Shown piece by piece: positions 11,701 to 19,453 of a DNA stretch of 64,000 nt. Each line of letters begins with the position of its first letter. Positions within the stretch are counted from its first letter, which is position 1. This DNA is from Paramoeba atlantica (Eukaryota; Protista; Discosea): NCBI GenBank assembly GCA_977017575.1, contig CDRNVI010000043.1, forward strand, positions 682,001 to 746,000. Reading direction: 5' to 3'. The translations under genes and the position numbers were made by a program. The notes below the pieces were generated by a model, which was not told the DNA's origin, did not search any database, and saw nothing but the letters and a program-made list of their open reading frames with translations.

Positions 11701-12589
11701 CCAACGAGGGAAGCTCGGGTTGATGCATCTGAGTTGTGGGGGGGTGGCTTTCGTCGCTTGGGTGTGACATGTGTGATGGGCTTTGAGGGGTTGTCATCTT
11801 TCCCTTGCAGGACTGTGGGTGTGTTTCCCTTTTATTGACATCGTAAGAGCGCCCGCATGCAGCACACAGGAATCTACCTTCTGTAGCCCACCAGGCGGCA
11901 GGGATGCTGCTACCGTGACGACAGGCGACGTGGTTATAAAACGCTTGCCACGATACCCCGTGCGCCGGGCTCCGCCAAGTGCATCCCATCGCCGGGCATT
12001 CTCGGAATTCTTCTCTGTTTTGTGTAACTTCGGTGGCTGAGTCCTTGGCCTCAGCTAGGAGAGGTGAGGGAGGGTTTTTCTCTGTCGCCGGTATTCGTTT
12101 AGAATGCCTCGTGTCTGTCTTCGTGGGTCCTTTCGAGGGAGAAACGTTGTGTAGCAGACGGGGAGAGACGTCCTGTACTACGGCATTAAGCTTCAGTGTT
12201 TTGTCGGGGGTCCGAGATGCAGGTGCGTTCTCATGAGTTGTGCTCTGCCGTCTTACCCCACAGTGTTGCATTTCCTCGTTTTCTGCCTCAGTATGGCCCG
12301 TGTCTGGAGTTTCCCTCTCCTGTGCAATTTGGCGTGCGTGATCCATCCATTCCGCGGGAATATCCATGGGGATCGGCGTGGTATAAAGTTGCTCGTTGTA
12401 TGTACTTGCAGTGGAGATCAAGTGTTTGTTCCCCTCAAACTGGTCCCAACTGCCGAGTCGGTGGGAACGCTCTTCATCGGTGAAAGTGCCTTCGCTGAGC
12501 TTACCTTCGTTTGTGTTAGTCAATATGTGGGGTGAAGGTGGATTTTTGTCTAGGCTTGCGCGAGATCGAAGACTTTGATCGCTTTTCAT
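8717..12589 (-). CDS. A1 polyprotein (~1290 aa): LsmAD-like segment, Zn fingers, RT, CCHC, RLE nuclease
   Basis: CPAMGC..HVACRH and CAAC; RPIAAGE, VDLRNAFN, GVQQGYPLGP (D>Y vs QGDP in copies C and E), WYLDDG; CPRENC..H..C; RPGD..DFAV..K. The ORF-track start at 12724 only reads through poly(A) and SL. Confidence 0.88.
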   Translation of the reverse strand: MKSDQSLRSRASLDKNPPSPHILTNTNEGKLSEGTFTDEERSHRLGSWDQFEGNKHLISTASTYNEQLYTTPIPMDIPAEWMDHARQIAQERETPDTGHTEAENEEMQHCGVRRQSTTHENAPASRTPDKTLKLNAVVQDVSPRLLHNVSPSKGPTKTDTRHSKRIPATEKNPPSPLLAEAKDSATEVTQNREEFRECPAMGCTWRSPAHGVSWQAFYNHVACRHGSSIPAAWWATEGRFLCAACGRSYDVNKRETHPQSCKGKMTTPQSPSHMSHPSDESHPPTTQMHQPELPSLASISQTQLSTCKDVPARCRHLWGEILTKTAENAVKENSPAAWTLFAMLPKCLLPAPHRGGRKNHTTYASFVEKCMNRWLAQDYVPLWNDTVNNALKKQSATPNIVHDEEEKAAIRSELLVRQGEYSRGMAALTADPMAPDDEETYIKLQNKHPCRLSDSDAIDYTPPPTAPLQVDEATVAKTIKSFHRGSSAGTMGLRPEHLQVALLAQVDNTTKPLKAITNLVNHLLAGKAPLEVQPYFAGARLCALEKGENDVRPIAAGETIRRLVSKTACNVVKAKASGIFAGLQFGVATPVGAERIIHTCRQAMAIHTDNPDFVLCKVDLRNAFNNVSRTAFLKLVSEHFPELFPWASWCYTTTSALTYRTHTLLSDEGVQQGYPLGPLFFSLVALELANEINHQADLDLQLWYLDDGVLIGKAQDTRNALDTIARVGPRWGLHLNMSKCEIITSPASANVTNLFPDIPDTKINVRGDFSVLGSPIGSPEYCSEYLTTHAIEPAETALEAITRIKDPQVSMALIRQCAGFCKMVHALRTTPPQSLTLLCERLDDFLMHAVESCLCPLPPSARSQIQRLKKHGGFGLRSASFHATSAYVSSVAFAADMDSWDPSEVEGFLSSIDDINAKVGTKLLNSSGRVCTIPHHKCEEFPPRHRPAKRPRQPDTHDPTSSANPPSLPHDRPPLSPDDLPPTSCPLYATEDCFDAKLPYWAKKGIPRQRDISHAISATEFSRAYEKADARTRARWVSQSGKGANSWAFVTPSKDTGHAFTPTEFRTLSRWWLGVPVYGEESKCPRENCTLPLDIHGDHALTCKHGEGIIRRHHSLVDQFAATCSQAHLAPQREKSLGNRGPGGALTRPGDVFMPSLFLGKPIVLDFAVTHAQQSKYTDTVRNASWVAAGSFAEHYASDQKARQRRESESAGSDFTAMVVESYGSWSSSALAVLRKVGERRAKASNGILSDGAATLQLVTDLNITLMRRQARMMISRMPVDDLPTPLIEQ

Positions 12590-12639
12590 GGGGAAGGACG
12601 CTAATCCCCGGGGAGTAACTAAAGAAAGGAAAGATAATT

Positions 12640-12677
12640 CAACAAGGTACAGAAACTGTATCTTTATCGTTAAAGTT
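12640..12677 (-). other. Spliced-leader-like 38-mer AACTTTAACGATAAAGATACAGTTTCTGTACCTTGTTG
   Basis: Starts AACT, contains the kinetoplastid/diplonemid SL core CAGTTTCTGTAC and ends TTG. The same sequence heads unrelated 5'UTRs at 5942-5974, 22376-22413 and 42026-42059. Confidence 0.8.
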
Positions 12678-12736
12678 TTTTTTTTTTTTTTTTTTTGGAC
12701 CATCGCAACCAGAATCTGGCTCATAAGAAATCTTAA

Positions 12737-15700
12737 TTTTTTTTTTTTTTCTTTTCTTTATTTTTTTGAAACTATCCGTAGAAACCAATTTGAACAAACT
12801 AATAATACTATAACATTCACTGTCGTTTTTTTTTCCGTTCCTTTAGATATTATGTATATAATAATACATATAGGCATTGAAAAAAACGAAACTATGTTGA
12901 TACATTTGGCTCAAATGCTGTACCTGCTGCTGCCTTCCGGGGATAAGTGGTTCCGCAACTGGGCGTACACTTCCGTCCCATTCAGTTCCTGAAGTAGGAG
13001 CTTGAACTCCATTTCAGTTGCTCGACGATTTAAGAGTGCCGCGTCGGATAGGACATGCAACAGAGATCTCGTATTTTGATGAAGAGAGCCGCAGGACAGC
13101 ACTGGGATGCACTGAAATGCGAAGTCGGGAATTTTTCCGGATGTCACATATGTATCCCGTTTCCGCTTGATTGCATCTGTAAGAAGCTGGGAGCAAGATT
13201 TCGCTTGATTGGAGTTCGATAGCTCGTGCACCACAGTTAGATCATAAAATATTTCCCCGGTTGACCAATATATCACCAAATCAGGCCCTGAGCGAAACAG
13301 CTGACGTCCGGCACATGTTTTGTCATGAATCATTTTGTTGCTTGGAAACACTTTATTCTTGCAAATTCCGCATTGCCAAGTCGAAAAAGATCGCGGTTCT
13401 TTCTCGCATTGTATACCGGCCTTTTGTGCCAAATCGAAGATATACTTAACCAGCCGATTGTGCTTCATTGTGGCATTAAGCCCTGTACATTGGACGCATC
13501 CGGGGATGTGCTGCAAAGCTGTTTTGTTGTCGAGTAACATACGACAGCCGGGGTACAGCAGCGATTTCGGGAGTCGAGGATGAGGCATCCCAAGGCGTGT
13601 CATGATTGCAATCTGAAATGCACGCGTGGGTACAAATTTAGCATTAGACTGTAACCAGTCATAGCTTCCTTTCCGTGTGGTGGCATTTAATATTGTGGCT
13701 AGCTTGGGATCGTGATCCTTTAAAGCCTCGTATGCTTTCTGGTGCAATTGCGCGGCTGTTGTTACTTCATCGATTGGGGCGACCACTGCTGTTTGACTCA
13801 TTCCATTATCCATGATAGCGGATACGTTACTCACATTGCCCGCCCGAGCAGAAATTGAGTTTTTGCGCTCTAGAGCTAGGTAACGAGAAGTTTCGTATGA
13901 CGCCGCACGAATACTATGACATGATGTCAGACCGAGGCCTCCTTTCTTTAGCGGCAGCCGAGCCAATTCGATTTGCTCTTTGGTCATTTCTCCCAACCAC
14001 TGGTGCAGCACTTTTTCGACGTTGTTGTCGAAACTGAGAGAGACCACGTCGGTTAACGTTGGCTCGTGCACTCTTATGGCGTATTGATGCCTCACATTCA
14101 TGCTTTTGGAAAGTAGCAAAAGTGAGACATTGTTGGCGCCCATAAGTTTTAATCGGCGAAAGGCTTCGGTATTCCTGACAAGCTGCTGAAACAAACCCGA
14201 CTTTACAGATTCATCTTCTCCAAGGTGTGCCCCAAGGATCTTTATAGAATCGTACGCAGCCTTGACCCCTTCATTTGCAAGCTGTTCTGGAATCGGGATT
14301 TTTTCCTGTCCACCGAACCACACGCATTTTCCAGGAGCAAGTTCAATGTTGTGAGCATTCACCATTTCTTGGAGCCTTACAAATGCTTTGGCCAATGATT
14401 GTGAGTTTTTCGAAGCCATGTTCACGTCATCAATAAATGCATATATTTCGATGTCGGGAAACTCTTGTTTCAGAATCTCCAATAGTGGCTGCAGGAAGGC
14501 GCAGTAGTATAGAGATGCCAGCGGGGAACCTTGCCGCAAACCACATGTGCTGGGAATGACTCCGAATAGCGTTCCATCGGATCCGTAATACAGTAGCTCT
14601 GAGGGTTGGCCGTATTCAGCGTGAAAGATCCGTTGAAACGGGCGTAGTGTACCACAAGCAAATACGTGTTTGGCAATATCCGCCCTATTCGGGGAGTTGA
14701 AGGCGTTTTTGGCGTCAATGGAAAGAATGACGTGTCCAGACTTAAAACGCTCATGCAGTCTATGAACGATTTTTTCGCATCCTGCCTTTGACGAAACGCC
14801 GTGTTGCAGTGGTGCAAAAAGAGGGCCCAAAGTGTGTTCGTAGCGCTGGAGCAATATAACGCCGGCAAGCTTCATAAATATCTCGCCCATTGCCACTGGT
14901 CTGACTCCTCCGTTGGATTTAGGAATGGCTACGAGCCGTGCTCGGTTTAATCGAAACAAAACGCTGTGATCCACGAATCCGTTGATTAGATCCGATTTCA
15001 TATGGGCAAGATTAGTGCATGAGATCTCATCATCGAGCATGAGTTGCACAATCCCGTCTGTCATTCCAGTTGGGCCAGGGTTTACGCCTTTTGCGAGTCG
15101 CTTCCCTGCTTTCCGTAGCTCCTCCGTCATTATCCCGCTAATTATCGGCGCATCCTCCGGCAAAGAAATTTCGTATTGTCTTTGCGGATGTAAGGCGGCA
15201 AGCTTGTCAAGGGTCTCTTCATCCGTTAGTTGCTTTGGTGTAAAGGTCTGATCCAAGACCTTGGCCGCCTTGGAAGTACATCCATCCAATACTAGCCTTG
15301 TCGCTCGTTTGATGGCTCGTGTATCGCTCAGTGTCTCCTCTTTTCGCTCACCGTCATCGGGCTCCCGTAACGGGCGCCGTCTTCGCCTTTTTCCACTGTT
15401 TTCTCGAACAGTCGCTAGGGATAACTTAATGGCTGATAGCAAACGGTGCCATATTTTTGTTCTTTGCGTGTGATCGGAATTTATATACTCCTGGACGATG
15501 TTCCTCAGCACCACGACAACACACGGAGCGAGGTCAGGGCTTATTGAACGTAGCGTGGGTATTGGTAACAAATCCACTGATGAATCATCTTTGGCTTTTT
15601 CTGGAAAGTTCATCTGATGATTCTCCAGAAACGCATCCCTTTGCACAGTAGTATCGATCGCTGGCGGCGCTTGATGCCACGCTAGTTTATAGATCCGTAC

Positions 15701-17586
15701 GTCCTCTTGTGGAGGTAAAACCCCGGAAAATTGTTCCCCAACTTTGTGACCAACAACGCCCCGATACGAGATAGATAACTTACCAAATCCTCCACGCTTA
15801 CTATGTGTTCGAGTGACTTTGCCTATTGAGATGTTAAGCGCACCTTGTTTGTTAAATGTCCAGGCCACTGTACACATTGCGCCCGGTTTGATTTGCTTCG
15901 AATGCGTCCAAATCTCATCCGGCGAGGCCGGAAATTGTGACTCGGGCGTTACATTCTTCATCAGGTCAAAGGATTTGTTCTCCTCTGTGCTTGGGTCGAT
16001 TCCGATAAACATGATCGTTGAATTTTTCTCGTTCTGTGACTTCGTTGCATTTGGCTCCCGCTCGGGTAATTCCGCATCGATTTTGGGACTTGATGGAGAC
16101 CCCAACTGAGAGAGAAGCTGATCACGTTGGTTCGTTTTTTTCATGGGAGTTTCGGGAGTGTTGCACTCAAAAAACTGACGTGGCTCATCTGACGGGGAAG
16201 ACGGCTCTTCAGACAAAACATCAAAATTGTGAACGTCGTGCACGTAACCATTACCGATCCATCTGTATCCTTCAAATCGAGGGTCTTTGGGATCTGGATG
16301 CATCTCGATGTTGGTTTCATTGGCGTCATTTGCTACCGTCGGCGGAGTATTCGTGTTCACTTGAGAATTCCCGTGATGTGATTTATGACATGTAACCGCT
16401 GTTCCATTTGTCGATTCCGCTGTCACGTTCTGGATCCTTATCCGAGTTGAATCATCCTCGTTTCGCAGTTTCACTGGTGATGGACTGTGGCTGCGATTAG
16501 GAAGTTGAGGCAGCTGAATGCTTTGCTGACTGCTTGCAATCGATGTCAAAGTTGAGACAGCTGCGCCGCACGTTTTCGCTGCCATGCCGCACGATTTCGT
16601 GATAATGGAACTCCATCCATTTACTTGATACAGAGTTTTGCTAATAGGAGAAGATTGGACTATGCGCGGTGCTACCGAGGCGTTCTTTCGCTGAGCTTCT
16701 CGTTTTTCTTTCTGCATGCGTGTCCACAAATCGTTGAACGTTTGCCTCCGAATGTTTGACTTTGAAATTGTAATTTTCATGGTTTTCTGAGACCTGATGT
16801 TTGGTGATTCTGATGCGACGTTTGGCGTAACGTTTGTCGACGAGAGCCATGGTGGAAATTCTGAATCTTTTCGTGAAACCGCAACTGGTATTGTTCTTTG
16901 TGGCGTGACCATCTCGTGAGCCTTGCGGTGCGAGAATCCTTTAGGCGGTTGAGGCGTCTCCGTTGAAGCACCTTGTGGGGGAGAGGGGCTCAGTCGGATT
17001 AGCTGTGGTGAGGCGAGCGGGGGTGGCATAGGGCGCGGTAGAGCTGAGGGGGCGGAGGAGTTCAGAAGCGGCGGAGAATGGAGCGGTCGACGATTACGTG
17101 CGGCTCTCGTTGGAAACCGTGAAGGGAAGTGCGCCGCAAGGGTATCATAGAAGGAGGGTTTCTTTGCCATAATTTTGTCAGGTTGACTTGGTGGTGAGCT
17201 CGGCTGCGGTAGTGTTGTTGGCTGCGGTGGCGGTAATGGTGGCGGCTGTGGAAGCGTTCCCGGTGACAGCGGTGTCGTTGGCAATGGCGGTGGCTGTCGC
17301 ATGGTTCGGGACGGCGATGGCGTCTTTGGTGATTCCATTCGTTCTAGTCGCATCTCTGTACTCGGATGTGTGGAATTCAAGGACGGGGACGGCGTCTGCG
17401 GGGGATGCGGGGGGGATTTCTGCGGGGGCGGCGCACCTAGCGGAGAGTTCGTGGTTAGTCCTGTTCTCTTTTTGCGCCGGGTGACAGGCAGAGGCAAAAT
17501 CTCAGGAGCTACTCCCGATTCTTTCGCCTTGGAGCGGGTGACCACTCCCATAGAAATGTAGAAAGTAAGAGGTAATAATTCAACAA
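12737..17586 (-). mobile_element. Full-length B-type CRE-clade retrotransposon B1
   Basis: SL remnant TTGTTG (17581-17586), 29-nt UTR, single ORF, poly(A) at 12737-12750. Confidence 0.92.
12911..17551 (-). CDS. B1 polyprotein, 1546 aa (Pro-rich N-terminus, beta-barrel-like domain, RT, Zn knuckle, RLE)
   Basis: GVRPVAMGE, IDAKNAFN, GLRQGSPLA, AFIDD, YPGC (CPGC in B2), CGIC, SGPDL..YDLTV..K. Confidence 0.92.
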   Translation of the reverse strand: MGVVTRSKAKESGVAPEILPLPVTRRKKRTGLTTNSPLGAPPPQKSPPHPPQTPSPSLNSTHPSTEMRLERMESPKTPSPSRTMRQPPPLPTTPLSPGTLPQPPPLPPPQPTTLPQPSSPPSQPDKIMAKKPSFYDTLAAHFPSRFPTRAARNRRPLHSPPLLNSSAPSALPRPMPPPLASPQLIRLSPSPPQGASTETPQPPKGFSHRKAHEMVTPQRTIPVAVSRKDSEFPPWLSSTNVTPNVASESPNIRSQKTMKITISKSNIRRQTFNDLWTRMQKEKREAQRKNASVAPRIVQSSPISKTLYQVNGWSSIITKSCGMAAKTCGAAVSTLTSIASSQQSIQLPQLPNRSHSPSPVKLRNEDDSTRIRIQNVTAESTNGTAVTCHKSHHGNSQVNTNTPPTVANDANETNIEMHPDPKDPRFEGYRWIGNGYVHDVHNFDVLSEEPSSPSDEPRQFFECNTPETPMKKTNQRDQLLSQLGSPSSPKIDAELPEREPNATKSQNEKNSTIMFIGIDPSTEENKSFDLMKNVTPESQFPASPDEIWTHSKQIKPGAMCTVAWTFNKQGALNISIGKVTRTHSKRGGFGKLSISYRGVVGHKVGEQFSGVLPPQEDVRIYKLAWHQAPPAIDTTVQRDAFLENHQMNFPEKAKDDSSVDLLPIPTLRSISPDLAPCVVVVLRNIVQEYINSDHTQRTKIWHRLLSAIKLSLATVRENSGKRRRRRPLREPDDGERKEETLSDTRAIKRATRLVLDGCTSKAAKVLDQTFTPKQLTDEETLDKLAALHPQRQYEISLPEDAPIISGIMTEELRKAGKRLAKGVNPGPTGMTDGIVQLMLDDEISCTNLAHMKSDLINGFVDHSVLFRLNRARLVAIPKSNGGVRPVAMGEIFMKLAGVILLQRYEHTLGPLFAPLQHGVSSKAGCEKIVHRLHERFKSGHVILSIDAKNAFNSPNRADIAKHVFACGTLRPFQRIFHAEYGQPSELLYYGSDGTLFGVIPSTCGLRQGSPLASLYYCAFLQPLLEILKQEFPDIEIYAFIDDVNMASKNSQSLAKAFVRLQEMVNAHNIELAPGKCVWFGGQEKIPIPEQLANEGVKAAYDSIKILGAHLGEDESVKSGLFQQLVRNTEAFRRLKLMGANNVSLLLLSKSMNVRHQYAIRVHEPTLTDVVSLSFDNNVEKVLHQWLGEMTKEQIELARLPLKKGGLGLTSCHSIRAASYETSRYLALERKNSISARAGNVSNVSAIMDNGMSQTAVVAPIDEVTTAAQLHQKAYEALKDHDPKLATILNATTRKGSYDWLQSNAKFVPTRAFQIAIMTRLGMPHPRLPKSLLYPGCRMLLDNKTALQHIPGCVQCTGLNATMKHNRLVKYIFDLAQKAGIQCEKEPRSFSTWQCGICKNKVFPSNKMIHDKTCAGRQLFRSGPDLVIYWSTGEIFYDLTVVHELSNSNQAKSCSQLLTDAIKRKRDTYVTSGKIPDFAFQCIPVLSCGSLHQNTRSLLHVLSDAALLNRRATEMEFKLLLQELNGTEVYAQLRNHLSPEGSSRYSI

Positions 17587-17590
17587 TCTC

Positions 17591-19060
17591 TTTGCAATCT
17601 CGTCGCGTGAAGGGCTATTAAAAGCGTTCTTCATATCCAACGAGAGGATAGCACACCCTTCCATATATCGTCGATTGAGTTCGTGAACAATAGTCTCGCA
17701 GCCAGCGCGACTCATTACCCCATGCTGCATCGGCAGGAAAAGCTTTTCAAATTTATGTTCGTTACGCAGAAGAAGGATTAGTCCAGCCAACTTGAGAAAA
17801 ATTTCTCCCATTGCCACCGGTCGAACGGCTTGAGCTGTTTTAGGGAGTGCAACTAAGCGTGCTCTCCGCAGTCTGCGCATTACATCCTTGGAGAGCATTC
17901 CGTTAATTAAATCGCACATCATGTGGCTTAGACTCGTGCAACAGATCTCATCGTCCAAGAGCAGACGAATGATGGCCTCTGTGGTACCGGATGGACCTGG
18001 GGCGGCGCCTTTTGCGAGTCTCTTTCCTGCTTCTCGGAGTTCATGGGGCGGGATACATGCTACCTTCGGGGCGTCGGTGGGAAGCTCAAAAGAAATCGGT
18101 AAAGATGGGTGTAGTTTTTGTAATTGAGACAATTTTTCTTCGTCCCCTAATGATGTTTCGGTGATGTCTTGATCTAACACGCGCGTCGCTTTCTTAATCG
18201 CTCCTTCCAAAACCAGTCGTGTCGCTTTTTTGACTGCTCTCAGATCTTTAGCCTTTTGCTCCACTTCACTGTTTCCTGCGTTCGTCTCCTGAGTTTGAAT
18301 TGGGCGGCGACGACGCTTTTTTCCAATGAGATGGCGCACTGTAGCTAACGAATGTTTCATTGCCGACATGGTTCTGTGCCAGATTTGATTTCGTTGGTCG
18401 TAAGAAGAATCTGCGTAATCCCGCATTATGTCACGATAGATAGAGACAACACAGGGCACAAACTCTGAACTGACAGTCCGCATGGTTGGCATTGGATCGA
18501 AATCCAAGTCTGCTTCCGTATGAGAAAATCCTTGATTACTGGGAATTCCTTTAGCGTCCACATCAATTCTGCTTTTTGAATCCTTTCGATGTAGCCATTG
18601 TATTGAATAAACTCTCACATTAGAATTGGGAGGAATGAACCCACGAAATTGCTCGCCGCATTTGTACCCTTCTATACCTTCATACTGGAGAGACATCCGT
18701 CCGATTCCGGCACGCTTCTTAACCGACTTAACCACCCCTTTCGATATATTCAGCTGCGAGGAATCGCTGAAGCACCATGCCATCAAGCACGAGTCCCCTT
18801 GTTTCGCCGTTTTTGATGAATCCCAGATGGTATCCGGTGCCAGTGGAAACTGCTCCGTTGGGTTTATCGACTTATTCAACTTCTCTATCATCTCGGCCTC
18901 CTTGGCAACTTCTATGACAGACTCTGTTTCAGCAGGAAGTTCAAAGTTCGGCATCGTGATATTGTTTTCGTCAACTACCTCGTGCAGTGTCGTAGACCCG
19001 TCAACCCTTCCCGTGCTCAATAGGGTGTCCTCAGGAGTTAAACAGTCGGCGTATGTCTGA
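17591..19060 (-). pseudogene. 5' half of element H (5'-truncated), ending at ...NSPSRDEIAK
   Basis: ORF 17509..19020 is homologous to B1. The breakpoint AGATTGCAAA (17591-17600) is duplicated at 7951-7960, where the RT continues. Confidence 0.85.
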
Positions 19061-19064
19061 CATT

Positions 19065-19444
19065 CGACATCTGCGTCTTCCGTTTGCTTTCCGGATAGTC
19101 GCTAACGAGTATTTCATTGCAGACAAGGTCCGGTGCCATATGCGATTGCGCTGGGGGTATTGACATTCCGCGTAGTCACGTACAATATCACGATAGATGG
19201 CAATCACACTCGGTATGAATTCATAACACTCCACAAAGAGCGGCCATTGCACGGGCACTGCAGCAAAACAGCGCTTTCAAACCATTCATGCGGATGTTCT
19301 ACTGCGAATACGGCGACCCCTCGGACTTGCTTTTCTTTGCGAACAACCGCCTCCACACTACGATAAAGAGCACGTCCGGGGTACGGCAAGGCTCTGCGCT
19401 TTCCTCTCTTTACTTTTGTGCACTACTACAAGGAGCGTTGGTGG
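19065..19444. pseudogene. Truncated duplicate of the 5'-inverted element I
   Basis: Matches 39124-39503 and is cut at the duplication junction (19444). Confidence 0.8.
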
Positions 19445-19453
19445 GTATCCGGC

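Larger units (their letters stand above)
8146..12677 (-). mobile_element. Full-length A-type CRE-clade retrotransposon A1 (SL to poly(A))
   Basis: SL at 12640-12677, ATG at 12589, single ORF, ~550-nt 3'UTR and poly(A) at 8146-8164. Confidence 0.92.

Noticed and set aside
12150-12200. PAM2-like motif (LNAVVQDVSP) near the LsmAD-like segment
   Set aside because: The spacing fits but the essential Ala and Phe are absent, and it is not seen in J or E.
12590-12724. N-terminal extensions of the 1335-aa, 1011-aa, 399-aa and 294-aa ORF-track entries
   Set aside because: They read through poly(A), SL, terminal repeats or stubs and are junction artefacts.
17520-17551. N-myristoylation signal in MGVVTRS
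   Set aside because: Position 5 after Gly is Arg rather than Ser/Thr. It is recorded only as a conserved N-terminal cap.
17591-19240. Breakpoint hotspot at the RT R-x-x-I-A motif (H split and start of I)
   Set aside because: Only two independent events, with different sequences, so chance cannot be excluded.
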